Below the pieces are notes generated by a model. That model worked only from the letters and a program-made list of their open reading frames with translations, ran no database searches and was not told the origin of the DNA. From a virus (taxonomy: Duplodnaviria; Caudoviricetes): DNA of 29,468 nt. Shown piece by piece: positions 15,475 to 24,667 of the stretch (within the stretch, counting starts at the first letter, position 1; each line of letters opens with the position of its first letter). The translations under genes and the position numbers were made by a program. Where the stretch lies: positions 1 through 29,468 of IMG/VR virus record IMGVR_UViG_3300017707_000095; one strand, given 5' to 3'.

Positions 15475-17985
15475 ATGCCGCATCAATCGCTTAAGCTGCT
15501 TCCCGGTGTTGATCAGAACAAAACACCAGCGCTCAACGAAGCTGCAATTTCTGAAAGCCAACTGATCAGGTTCATCCCAGATCGGACACTTGGCGGCTTG
15601 GTGCAAAAGCTCGGCGGCTGGACAAAGTATTTCTCCAGTCCGATTGAATCAATTGTCCGCTGCCTTTGGGGTTGGGAGGATACAAATGCAAATTCCTATC
15701 TTGCTGTGGGTGCAGAAGGTCAAGGACCTCTGCCGATCACTAATGCAACGGGTAATGGCACGACTGTCACGCTAACTCATTCAGCAAACTACACGTTTAC
15801 TGTTGGTTTTGGCATCACCGTTTCCGGCATCAACCCGTCTGGCTATAACGGCTACTACATCGTCACCAACTCGACCCCTACAACGGTTCAATATGCCAGC
15901 GCAGAAACAGGCGCGTATGTTTCTGGCGGCACGATCACTGGCGGGGGTGGATCGCTTAAAGTTATCAATGTCGGCGGTATCAACGACATCACACCGCAGA
16001 CAACTACCGTCAATGCGACAGTTGATTTCTCAACGACTGCGGGCAGCAATGAAGTATTGGTGACTGATCCAAATTATGAGACAGACGACTACGATGTGGT
16101 TTATATCAAAACCCAAGTCAGTGTAGGTGGTCTGGTCCTGTTTGGTCAGTATCCAGTTATTCGTGTCTCTAGCACGACATATAACATCTATGCCTTGGAT
16201 TCTGTTGGTGAGCCCGCATTGGCGACATCAACGGTCGCAAATGGCGGCGCTGTCGCTATTTACACATTCCAAACAAACAGCGACTTTGTGAATGTTGAGC
16301 TTGCAGATCATGGTTTGCAAGTTGGCGACACCTTCCCAATCCTGATCGCGACCTCAGTTGGTGGTCTGACACTGTATGGCAACTATCTAGTTTTCTCGGT
16401 CATTGATGACGATAATTTCACAATCTCAGCATTCAATATCGCTACGACTATCCCGGTAACAGGTGCAAGCGGAACAGGCACTACGGTTACGATCACTTAC
16501 TCCGGTTCGGCAGAGTTCAGTATTGGCGATACGGTCAATATCTCTGGGATCACACCGGCGGGATATAACGGTGCTGTCACTTTGACGGGCGCTTCACCAA
16601 ATAGCATTCAATATGCTGGTGCTGAAACTGGTGCCTATGTATCTGGCGGTCAGATCAGCGGATCGTACTTTGTAGAGCAAAACGGCGGCTTGGCTTATTT
16701 CCTGTACTCAAACGGCATTGGTCCAGCGCCAATTCCGGGCGGCTACGGTGTTGGCCCATATGGTGCCGGTGCTTATGGTTCTGGTGCACCATCCCTTACA
16801 GGCGGCGGTCAGCCAATCAATGCCGTTGATTGGACCCTTGATAACTGGGGTGAATTGCTAGTTGCGTGTCCCTTAGATGGGCCGATCTACGTATGGTCGC
16901 CTACCAGCGGAAACGTGGTTGCAACCATTATCGCAAATGCCCCGCCAATCAATCAGGGCATGTTCGTTGCTATGCCGCAGCGCCAAATCGTGGCGTGGGG
17001 GTCAACCTTTACCGGCGTTGGCGATCCACTGCTGATCAGGTGGTGCGATGTCAACGACTACGATCAGTGGCGCGCATCTATCACAAATCAGGCAGGCAGC
17101 TATCGCATTCCTAAAGGCTCGCGCATCGTTCAGTGCATCCAAGGCCCGCAACAGGGTTTGATTTGGACTGATCTTGGCGTGTGGGCGATGCAATATGCTG
17201 GCCCTCCATATGTTTATCAGTTCAACGAACTTGGCAACGGCTGCGGCCTTATTGGGCGCAAAGCAGCGGGTTCTATGGGTGGCGTTGTTTATTGGATGGG
17301 TCCAAGCCAGTTCTTCCGTCTTGCGGGTAGTGGTGTTGAGCCAATTCGCTGCCCCGTCTGGGATGTGGTGTTCCAAGACTTGGATACCAACAACCTTGAT
17401 AAGATCAGGATCGCACCGAACAGCCGTTTTGGGGAAATCACATGGTACTTCCCAACCATCAGCAATGGTGGCGAGAACGAAGGTTATGTGAAGTATAATG
17501 TTGTGTTGAATGAATGGGACTACGGGTTCAATTCAAATGCAAACCCGTATGTTGCTCGTTCAGCGTGGATCAATGAATCGGTGCTTGGCCCTCCGATTGG
17601 CGCGGCACTTAATACGTTCATTTATCAGCATGAGACATCGCCTGATGCTGATGGTACAGCTATGAACAGCTACTTTCAGACAGGTTACTTTGTGCTGAAT
17701 GAAGCTGATGTAAAGATGTTCGTGGACCAGATTTGGCCCGACATGAAATGGGGTTATTTCGGTGGGACGCAGGGTGCAAATATCTTGCTGACGTTCTATG
17801 TAACGGACTATGCAGGGCAAGCACCGTCTGTGTATGGCCCATACACGCTGACACAAGCAACGACCTACATCACACCACGCTTCCGTGGTCGCCTTGTCTC
17901 TATCAAGATTGAGAGCAACGACATTGATTCATGGTGGCGCATCGGAAACATTCGCTATCGGTTGCAGCCGGATGGGAGATTCTGA
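15475..17985 (+). CDS. Tail nozzle / DNA stabilisation protein (P22 gp10 / T7 gp12-like) with inserted beta domains
   Basis: 836 aa; LKLLPGV N-terminus, KLGGW, WTLDNWGE.L, DPLLIRWCD, NQAG, propeller-like blades, C-terminal RFRGR...WRIG.IR..LQPDGR. Confidence 0.68.
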   Translation: MPHQSLKLLPGVDQNKTPALNEAAISESQLIRFIPDRTLGGLVQKLGGWTKYFSSPIESIVRCLWGWEDTNANSYLAVGAEGQGPLPITNATGNGTTVTLTHSANYTFTVGFGITVSGINPSGYNGYYIVTNSTPTTVQYASAETGAYVSGGTITGGGGSLKVINVGGINDITPQTTTVNATVDFSTTAGSNEVLVTDPNYETDDYDVVYIKTQVSVGGLVLFGQYPVIRVSSTTYNIYALDSVGEPALATSTVANGGAVAIYTFQTNSDFVNVELADHGLQVGDTFPILIATSVGGLTLYGNYLVFSVIDDDNFTISAFNIATTIPVTGASGTGTTVTITYSGSAEFSIGDTVNISGITPAGYNGAVTLTGASPNSIQYAGAETGAYVSGGQISGSYFVEQNGGLAYFLYSNGIGPAPIPGGYGVGPYGAGAYGSGAPSLTGGGQPINAVDWTLDNWGELLVACPLDGPIYVWSPTSGNVVATIIANAPPINQGMFVAMPQRQIVAWGSTFTGVGDPLLIRWCDVNDYDQWRASITNQAGSYRIPKGSRIVQCIQGPQQGLIWTDLGVWAMQYAGPPYVYQFNELGNGCGLIGRKAAGSMGGVVYWMGPSQFFRLAGSGVEPIRCPVWDVVFQDLDTNNLDKIRIAPNSRFGEITWYFPTISNGGENEGYVKYNVVLNEWDYGFNSNANPYVARSAWINESVLGPPIGAALNTFIYQHETSPDADGTAMNSYFQTGYFVLNEADVKMFVDQIWPDMKWGYFGGTQGANILLTFYVTDYAGQAPSVYGPYTLTQATTYITPRFRGRLVSIKIESNDIDSWWRIGNIRYRLQPDGRF

Positions 17986-18401
17986 TGGCAGCGTCTCTTG
18001 ATGACATCCTTACAGCCCAGAAAAATGGCGTTGTAGCAATCAACGGCATTAATCAGGCCATGACTGGCATCTATGCCTATACAAAGGGTGCGCCACTAGC
18101 ATCTGGTGCGGCAGGAACAGGTAGTTTTTCAACCATCTACACAGTGCCATCAGGAAGCCAAATGGCAATTGTAGACATTGAAATCTGCAATACATCTGCA
18201 ACGCCAGCTACGTTTTATGTGTCTCTGGTGCCAAAAGGCGGAACAGCAGGCGCATCTAATGCTTTGTTTTATGCTGCGCCAATCAATGGAAATACAACCG
18301 TGCAGTGGACCGGGCAGCAAGTGCTTGCGGCTGGTGGGTTTGTTGCCGCATATGCATCTGCATCTACAGTAACGTTCAAGGTTGGGGGGGGACCTGGCTG
18401 A
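17985..18401 (+). CDS. Putative tail-associated protein (138 aa)
   Basis: TGATG coupling; short helical N-terminus then TIYTVPSG...IVDIEICNTS beta domain. Confidence 0.7.
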   Translation: MAASLDDILTAQKNGVVAINGINQAMTGIYAYTKGAPLASGAAGTGSFSTIYTVPSGSQMAIVDIEICNTSATPATFYVSLVPKGGTAGASNALFYAAPINGNTTVQWTGQQVLAAGGFVAAYASASTVTFKVGGGPG

Positions 18402-19690
18402 TGACTATCACCGTTTATCCTCCCTACGGATCGCAGAACAATCCATCGTGGGTCACCCTTAATGGGACCAACACTGACGCATTTGGTCGGCTAAGAGTAT
18501 CTGAACCGTTTACCATCTTTGACAGTCAGAGCCGTTTTGCTCCAGACATTCATTACAGTTATGTAACAGCAACAGGAGGAACGACGAGTTACAATACAAA
18601 TCAATCGTCTGTTTCGCTTAACACAACCACATCATCCGGTTCTACGGCAGTTGCTCAAACATACCGTGTGTTCCCTTACCAACCCGGTAAGAGCATGTTG
18701 ATGTATCAAAGTTTTGTCATGGCAGCCGCCAAGACAAACCTTGTTCAACGTGTTGGTCTTTTTAGTGCTTACAACGGCGTTTATCTTGAACAGGGACCAA
18801 ACGGCGTTACTTTTGTGATCCGTACTTACACTGGCGGCTCTGTTGATGACAGTCGGTACGTTGCACAAGCAAATTGGAACGGCGACAAACTTAACGGAAC
18901 TGGTCCATCCGGCGTGACGCTTGATCTGACCAAAACACAACTTTTGTTTTTTGACATTGAATGGCTTGGCGTTGGCAACCTTCGCTGCGGCTTTATTATC
19001 AATGGTCAGTATATTGTTTGCCACACGTTTCAGAATGCCAATCAGTCAACGTCAACTAAGGTCTATATGCAGACCGCTACGTTGCCTTTGCGGTATGAAA
19101 TCACTAACACTGGTGCAACAGCAAGTGCATCAACGTTAACTATGATTTGTTCTACTGTAATTTCTGAAGGTGGGTACGATCAAGTATCTGCACCTCAGAT
19201 TGCTAGACCAACAGGAAACGGCGTTACAATAGCAAACAACACAGGACTTACTTTCACGCCGTTAGTTTCCATCAGGATAAACTCATCGTACTTTGGCGCG
19301 GTTATCATTCCGTCCATCGTAAACTTCGTTGCCACAGCGCAAGGAAACTACGAAGTAGTGTTGGTTAGAAATCCAACATTGACTGGTGCAACATTTGCCG
19401 CAGGCCAAATTTCCGGCGGCATGGTTGATGTTGATACCGCAGCAACAGCTTGCACGGCTACAACAGATACCATTGTTCAAACAGACTATGTGGTGTCTAC
19501 CAATCAGGGCTCGGTCCCAATTATCGCCCCGTTCGGCTATAATTTTGACCTTCAGTTAGGCGTAAGCGCGTCTCTGACTGGAAATGGCTTTAACGCTAGT
19601 GATGTAATAACTCTTGCTGCCCGTGGGATTAGTAACTCTCCTGCGGGATCAGGCATCGGTTCAATCGCCTTCTACAACCTGAGTCTCTGA
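18401..19690 (+). CDS. Putative virion structural protein (beta-rich, 429 aa)
   Basis: TGATG coupling; DAFGRLRVSEPFTIFDS, YQPGKS, Q.NWNGDKL.GTG.SG, EWLGVG, MICSTVISEGG are motifs I recall from phage virion proteins. Confidence 0.75.
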   Translation: MTITVYPPYGSQNNPSWVTLNGTNTDAFGRLRVSEPFTIFDSQSRFAPDIHYSYVTATGGTTSYNTNQSSVSLNTTTSSGSTAVAQTYRVFPYQPGKSMLMYQSFVMAAAKTNLVQRVGLFSAYNGVYLEQGPNGVTFVIRTYTGGSVDDSRYVAQANWNGDKLNGTGPSGVTLDLTKTQLLFFDIEWLGVGNLRCGFIINGQYIVCHTFQNANQSTSTKVYMQTATLPLRYEITNTGATASASTLTMICSTVISEGGYDQVSAPQIARPTGNGVTIANNTGLTFTPLVSIRINSSYFGAVIIPSIVNFVATAQGNYEVVLVRNPTLTGATFAAGQISGGMVDVDTAATACTATTDTIVQTDYVVSTNQGSVPIIAPFGYNFDLQLGVSASLTGNGFNASDVITLAARGISNSPAGSGIGSIAFYNLSL

Positions 19691-19692
19691 TC

Positions 19693-20301
19693 ATGCCACT
19701 GAAAAAAGGTTCCTCACAGAAGGTCGTTAGCTCCAACATCAGCGAGTTGGTGCATTCTGGCCGACCGCAAAAGCAAGCCATCGCAATTGCGCTTGAAACG
19801 GCTCGCCGCGCCAAAAGGGCGTTTGGTGGCATGGGATCAACCACAACGACGACGACTACACAGGGTATGCCGATGGGCAAACCTATGGGCGTGAAGCCAC
19901 GGGCACCGCGAATCAAACCGCATATTGGCCCGATCCATAGCCCTGTGGCGGGGCGTACCGATCACCTTCCGATGCATGTTCCGTCAGGCTCTTATGTGAT
20001 CCCGGCTGATATTATCTCTGCCATGGGTGAGGGAAATACCATGGCGGGGTTCCGCATTATGACCGATATCACTAAACAGTATGGCGGCCTTCCAAAAGCG
20101 TATGCGCAAGGCGGGTTTGCTGGCGAATTGGTGCCGATTATCGCTGCTGGCGGGGAATATGTTATTCCGCCGGAAGTTGTTGTAGGCATGGGTGGCGGCG
20201 ATATGGATGCCGGCCATAAAATCTTAGATGATTTTGTGAAGAAGCAGAGAGCTAAAACGGTTCAGACGCTTAAAAAGCTCCCTGGGCCAAAACGTGATTA
20301 A
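19693..20301 (+). CDS. Hypothetical protein with a basic N-terminal domain and a duplicated G-x-YVIP domain
   Basis: MPLKKGSSQKVVSSNISEL...QKQAIAIAL; two similar units GSYVIPADIISAMG and GEYVIPPEVVVGMG. Confidence 0.75.
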   Translation: MPLKKGSSQKVVSSNISELVHSGRPQKQAIAIALETARRAKRAFGGMGSTTTTTTTQGMPMGKPMGVKPRAPRIKPHIGPIHSPVAGRTDHLPMHVPSGSYVIPADIISAMGEGNTMAGFRIMTDITKQYGGLPKAYAQGGFAGELVPIIAAGGEYVIPPEVVVGMGGGDMDAGHKILDDFVKKQRAKTVQTLKKLPGPKRD

Positions 20302-20321
20302 GGACTAAGAGGGGACAGTCC

Positions 20322-20825
20322 ATGTTTGAAAACAGCTTTGGAGTTCGCGCTGGAACACCCGAAGACATTGATCCAATGATGCAGTTGGCTTTGGCTGCTT
20401 GCGAAGAAAATGGCTTTGTAGAGCCAAATCCGCAGAAGCTTTTGCAGGAAATATGGCCCGCCTTAAATCTAGAGCATGGATTGGTCGGGATAATTGAGGG
20501 TGAAAATGGCATTCTGGAAGGCGCGGTTCTTCTCAGGATTGGCTCTATGTGGTACTCTAACGCTAGGGTTCTGGAAGAAAAGGCTATTTTCATCCATCCC
20601 GACTACCGTTCCGCTAAAGGGGGGCGAGCGCGTAGGCTCTGTGAGTTCACTAAGCTGGTCGCGGATAGGCTCAAAATGCCCTTAATCATTGGCGTTCTGT
20701 CAAATCACCGGACCAAGGGCAAAATTAAGCTCTATGAGCGCCAATTTGGTGAGCCATCGGGCGCGTTTTTCCTCTATAATGCCCGCACCGGCTCTGATGC
20801 CGGAGCGCAGGCCGCAGCGGAGTAA
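20322..20825 (+). CDS. GNAT-fold acetyltransferase-like protein
   Basis: VRAGTPEDI, IFIHPDYRS..GGRARRL, KLYERQFG; located before the ejection genes, like T7 gp13 / P22 gp14. Confidence 0.7.
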   Translation: MFENSFGVRAGTPEDIDPMMQLALAACEENGFVEPNPQKLLQEIWPALNLEHGLVGIIEGENGILEGAVLLRIGSMWYSNARVLEEKAIFIHPDYRSAKGGRARRLCEFTKLVADRLKMPLIIGVLSNHRTKGKIKLYERQFGEPSGAFFLYNARTGSDAGAQAAAE

Positions 20826-20830
20826 TCGGT

Positions 20831-23800
20831 ATGGGTGGGAAGACATCCACATCTACGCAATCGGTGTCGATCCCACCGGAGGTTATGGCCCGATACAATG
20901 CGGTCAACGCACGGGCTGAAGAAGTCGCTGCTACTCCATTCCAACAATATCCCGGTCAGTTTGTTGCTGGGCTCACCCCCACACAACAGGCCGGTATTCA
21001 GGCCACTAATGTCGCCTCGCAAACAGCGCAGCCTTACTATGGCATGGGCGCTGGTTTGACCTTGGCAGGGGCTCAGGACGTTGGGCCTCTGACTCGGCGT
21101 CAAATTGGCTATTATGAAAGCCCGTACACTGAGGCTGTTGCAGCCCCCACGTATCAGGCTCTTCGTCAGCAGCAGGGTCAGGAATTGGCCCAGCAACAGG
21201 CGACAGCCATTCGTTCTGGCGCGGCTTTTGGTGACCGTTCTGGCCTTGAGCGCGCCAATCTGATGCGCCAACAGGCTCTTGGCACGGCGCAGGCTATGGC
21301 CCCGATCTATCAGCAAGGCTACGGTCAAGCTGTGCAGACTGCCCAGCAGCAGCAGGGCGTCATCGCACAAGACCTTGCTCGCCGTATGCAGGCTGGTCAG
21401 CAGATTGCCGGTCTGGGCACGGGCGCACAGCAGGCAGCATTGCAGGGCGCACAGGCTCAGTTGCAGGCTGGTACGGCTGAACAGCAGACTCAACAGGCTG
21501 ATCTTACGGCCCGCTATCAGCAGTTCCTGCAAGAGCGTGGCTATCCATTCCAAGTGGCTCAGTTCCTCGCCAATATTGCGATGGGTACTGGTGCGCTTTC
21601 TGGCAGCACGACCACGACGACCCAGCCCGCAGGCTTCTTCTCAGATCGTCGCCTGAAGCACGATGTTGAGCGCATCGGCCAAACCGATGATGGCTTGCCG
21701 ATCTATAGCTATAAGTACAATGGCGATGATCGGACTCAGATCGGTCTGATGGCTCAGGACGTTGAAAAGGTGAAGCCTGAAGCGGTTGGCCTTGCTCCTG
21801 CGGCAGACGGCAATCTCTATAAGACGGTGGACTATGAAAAGGCCACGGAATCAGAAGGCGGCGGTGTTATGCCTTCCCGTGCTGGCGAGGGCTTCTATCG
21901 TGGTGGCTACGCTGTTGGTGGCGGTGGTGGTCTTCTCGGCACAACAGACCTGAACGAGATTCTGAAGTCTCAGCAGCAGTTCCTTGGGCCATATGCGGCA
22001 AATGCACCTTATAGCCAAAAAGGTGCTCCCGGCGGCCAAAGCTACGTTCCGCAGGCATCATTGCCCACGCCAAAACTTGTCACCGCTGGCGGCTTGCCCC
22101 AGCAGCAGAAGTCTGGTGCGCAGCAGGCTATGGAAATCGGCAAGGGTGTCGCTGACATCTACAAGACCGGCAAAGAAATTAAAGCCGGGTTTGGCGAAAT
22201 CAGCGACTACTTGAAGGACAAGATGAAGGCCGATGGCGGCTTGATTGTCCCGCGTCATGCTTATGAAGACGGTGGCGATGTATTGCCGGGCGTTGAAGAT
22301 GAAGATACCCGTATGTCGGGTAACGAAGTAAACCCGGCTGGTGTGCCTAAGTCAGGCTTTGCTGAAGGTGTTTTGGAATCTGGCAAGCGCGCTAATGAGC
22401 TCGCTGTCGCTAAGGGTGGACCTGGCGGCGGTGGTGGCGGTGGCGGTCTTGGTTCGGGGCTGAAAGATGTTGCGTCACTCATTGGCGCGGGTAAGACGCT
22501 TTGGTCGGCTGGTACTGCGGTTGCAGAGGCAGCACCGGCGTTCTTTGCAATGTTCTCCGATGAGCGCTTGAAGGATAACATCCGCCAAGTTGGCGAAACC
22601 TATGACGGCCAGAACATCTATGCCTACGACATGGGTGACGGCAAAACCCAGCTTGGCCTGATGGCTCAAGAAGTTCTTGATCGTAAGCCTGAAGCTGTTG
22701 GCATGAATGACAACGGTTATCTGATGCTGGATTATGACCGCGCCACAGAGGACGCCAATCCATTTGCATATGGTGGTTTGGTGCCGCGCAACGGATACCA
22801 AGAAGGTGGGGAACCTGTCAGTCAGGCAACTGAGCCCCCAAGTGAGGCAGAGGATCGCCTCAAGCGCACTATGGATGCCATCCGCCGCATTGAAAGTGGT
22901 GGTCGCTACGACATTACCGGTCCTGCATCCCGCAAGGGTGATAAGCCATATGGCGCATATCAGGTCATGGGCGCGAACATCCCATCATGGACAGAGGCTG
23001 CACTTGGTCGCCGCATGACCCCAGAAGAATTTTTGGCGGATCGTGAAGCGCAGGATACGACTGCAAAGCATCGTTTGGGTCTGTATCTCCAGCAATATAA
23101 TGACCCTCGCCAAGCGGCTTCTATGTGGTTTTCTGGCCGTCCTATGGAAAAGGCTGGCAACGTCACTGATGTTCTTGGCACCAGTGTACCGAAATATATC
23201 GGCATGTTTGATCGTTACTACGGCGGTCAAGACCTAGCGCCGATGCAAGATACCGGATCGGCTCGCCGTCCCGGCGTGTTCCCAACAGGTGTTGAGAATA
23301 AATATGCAGGCGCTCCTGCTGAGAAAGCATCCCTTGGCGATGTCGCCCGTGAATATCTGCCATCCGGTACGCCAACCGGAGAGAAGTTCTGGGTTCCTGC
23401 ACTTGGCTTCTTGGGCTCAATGCTTGCGTCTAAGTCGCCCTTCCTTGGTCAAGCGATTGGTGAAGGTTTGGTTGGCGGTGTTGGCGCTTACACGGCTCTT
23501 AACAAACAAGAAGCTGACATTGAAAAGACCCGCGCTGAAGCCGGGTTGCTCGGTGCGCAGGCTGGCCTCACCGAAGCCCAGAAGCAAGTTCAGTTGCTCT
23601 CGGTCTATCCGTTTGAGTTCGAGCGCGGCAGTGGTTGGGTTCTCATTGATCGTAGTGACCCAGCCAATCCTAAGCGCCGCATGGTCTATGATCAAAGCGG
23701 GAAGCCGATCACTGATCCAAACCTCACGCCTGATCAGGCTCGCGCTCGCGCAGCACGTGTTGGTGAGACTGTCCCGTCTGGTGCGGGTGCGGGTGCAGAA

Positions 23801-24667
23801 CCAGCAGCAGCGATGCCAAAGCCGGGCGATTTTGACCCTGCCAAGGTCACGCCTAAACAGGTTAGCGAAACTGCGCTGCCTGTTGAGCGCCCAATCCCCG
23901 GCACTCGCAATGTCGTGGTAGACATCCCTGAAGGCTTCATCCCGACCGATCAGTCTGCGCTCTCGCGTGAACTGAAAGAACGCCCTGCATTTGGCGCAAC
24001 GGAATTTAAGAAGGTTGAGGAGCAAGAGGCAATTGCTTCTGCTGCTACAAAAACACTGATGCAGCTTGAAGCAATGCGCCGTCAGTACAACAACATTCCA
24101 CCTGGAACATTGTTGACCGGCACAGAGTATGCGCCTCAAGTTCTTAATGCTCTCAAGACCATTAAGGGTGTTGCCAACGCATTTGGCGGTGACATCAGTG
24201 CCGACTTGTCGAGCGCAACGGCAGCCGCAGAATGGTTGAACAAAGAACAGTTCCGTCTCGGCGCGGAGCTTCAGCGTGGCTTGGGTCGTGAACCCGGCTT
24301 CATTCTGCAACAGATGGTCAATGCGAACCCTGGCGCGAATAACACGGCTGTTGGCTTTGCCCGAATTGCATCTGGTATGGAACAGGCTGCAATTTATGAA
24401 AAGGACAAGGCTGAGTTCTTGAACAACTACTACATCAAGTTTGGTCACCTCCGTGATGCAGACAAGTTGTTTAAGAAGATGAACCCGGTTCAGACCTATA
24501 TTGACCGTGCAACCTATCATGCGATCCCAGAAACAGATCGTGAGAAGTTGACGGCATATATTACGGCTAACCGTGAAAAGTATCCTGATGCCGTCAATCG
24601 TGTCATGCAAACCTTTGACAAGACCTACGGTAAGGGTTCCGCCAAAGTTGTGATGGGAGGTCAGTAA
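20831..24667 (+). CDS. Large internal virion / DNA ejection protein with two peptidase S74-like domains and a lysozyme-fold (transglycosylase-like) domain
   Basis: MGGK..T.T N-terminus with Gln/Ala-rich helices; FSDRRLKHDV...IGLMAQDVE...VDY at 21641-21844; FSDERLKDNI...LGLMAQEV...LDY at 22556-22744; AIRRIESGG.Y...GAYQVM...WFSG at about 22850-23225. Confidence 0.8.
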   Translation: MGGKTSTSTQSVSIPPEVMARYNAVNARAEEVAATPFQQYPGQFVAGLTPTQQAGIQATNVASQTAQPYYGMGAGLTLAGAQDVGPLTRRQIGYYESPYTEAVAAPTYQALRQQQGQELAQQQATAIRSGAAFGDRSGLERANLMRQQALGTAQAMAPIYQQGYGQAVQTAQQQQGVIAQDLARRMQAGQQIAGLGTGAQQAALQGAQAQLQAGTAEQQTQQADLTARYQQFLQERGYPFQVAQFLANIAMGTGALSGSTTTTTQPAGFFSDRRLKHDVERIGQTDDGLPIYSYKYNGDDRTQIGLMAQDVEKVKPEAVGLAPAADGNLYKTVDYEKATESEGGGVMPSRAGEGFYRGGYAVGGGGGLLGTTDLNEILKSQQQFLGPYAANAPYSQKGAPGGQSYVPQASLPTPKLVTAGGLPQQQKSGAQQAMEIGKGVADIYKTGKEIKAGFGEISDYLKDKMKADGGLIVPRHAYEDGGDVLPGVEDEDTRMSGNEVNPAGVPKSGFAEGVLESGKRANELAVAKGGPGGGGGGGGLGSGLKDVASLIGAGKTLWSAGTAVAEAAPAFFAMFSDERLKDNIRQVGETYDGQNIYAYDMGDGKTQLGLMAQEVLDRKPEAVGMNDNGYLMLDYDRATEDANPFAYGGLVPRNGYQEGGEPVSQATEPPSEAEDRLKRTMDAIRRIESGGRYDITGPASRKGDKPYGAYQVMGANIPSWTEAALGRRMTPEEFLADREAQDTTAKHRLGLYLQQYNDPRQAASMWFSGRPMEKAGNVTDVLGTSVPKYIGMFDRYYGGQDLAPMQDTGSARRPGVFPTGVENKYAGAPAEKASLGDVAREYLPSGTPTGEKFWVPALGFLGSMLASKSPFLGQAIGEGLVGGVGAYTALNKQEADIEKTRAEAGLLGAQAGLTEAQKQVQLLSVYPFEFERGSGWVLIDRSDPANPKRRMVYDQSGKPITDPNLTPDQARARAARVGETVPSGAGAGAEPAAAMPKPGDFDPAKVTPKQVSETALPVERPIPGTRNVVVDIPEGFIPTDQSALSRELKERPAFGATEFKKVEEQEAIASAATKTLMQLEAMRRQYNNIPPGTLLTGTEYAPQVLNALKTIKGVANAFGGDISADLSSATAAAEWLNKEQFRLGAELQRGLGREPGFILQQMVNANPGANNTAVGFARIASGMEQAAIYEKDKAEFLNNYYIKFGHLRDADKLFKKMNPVQTYIDRATYHAIPETDREKLTAYITANREKYPDAVNRVMQTFDKTYGKGSAKVVMGGQ

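Noticed and set aside
21641-22744. S74-like segments as inteins/Hint domains
   Set aside because: They lack the C/S-start block with TxxH and the terminal HN; the SDxRLK and G.MAQ motifs fit S74 instead.
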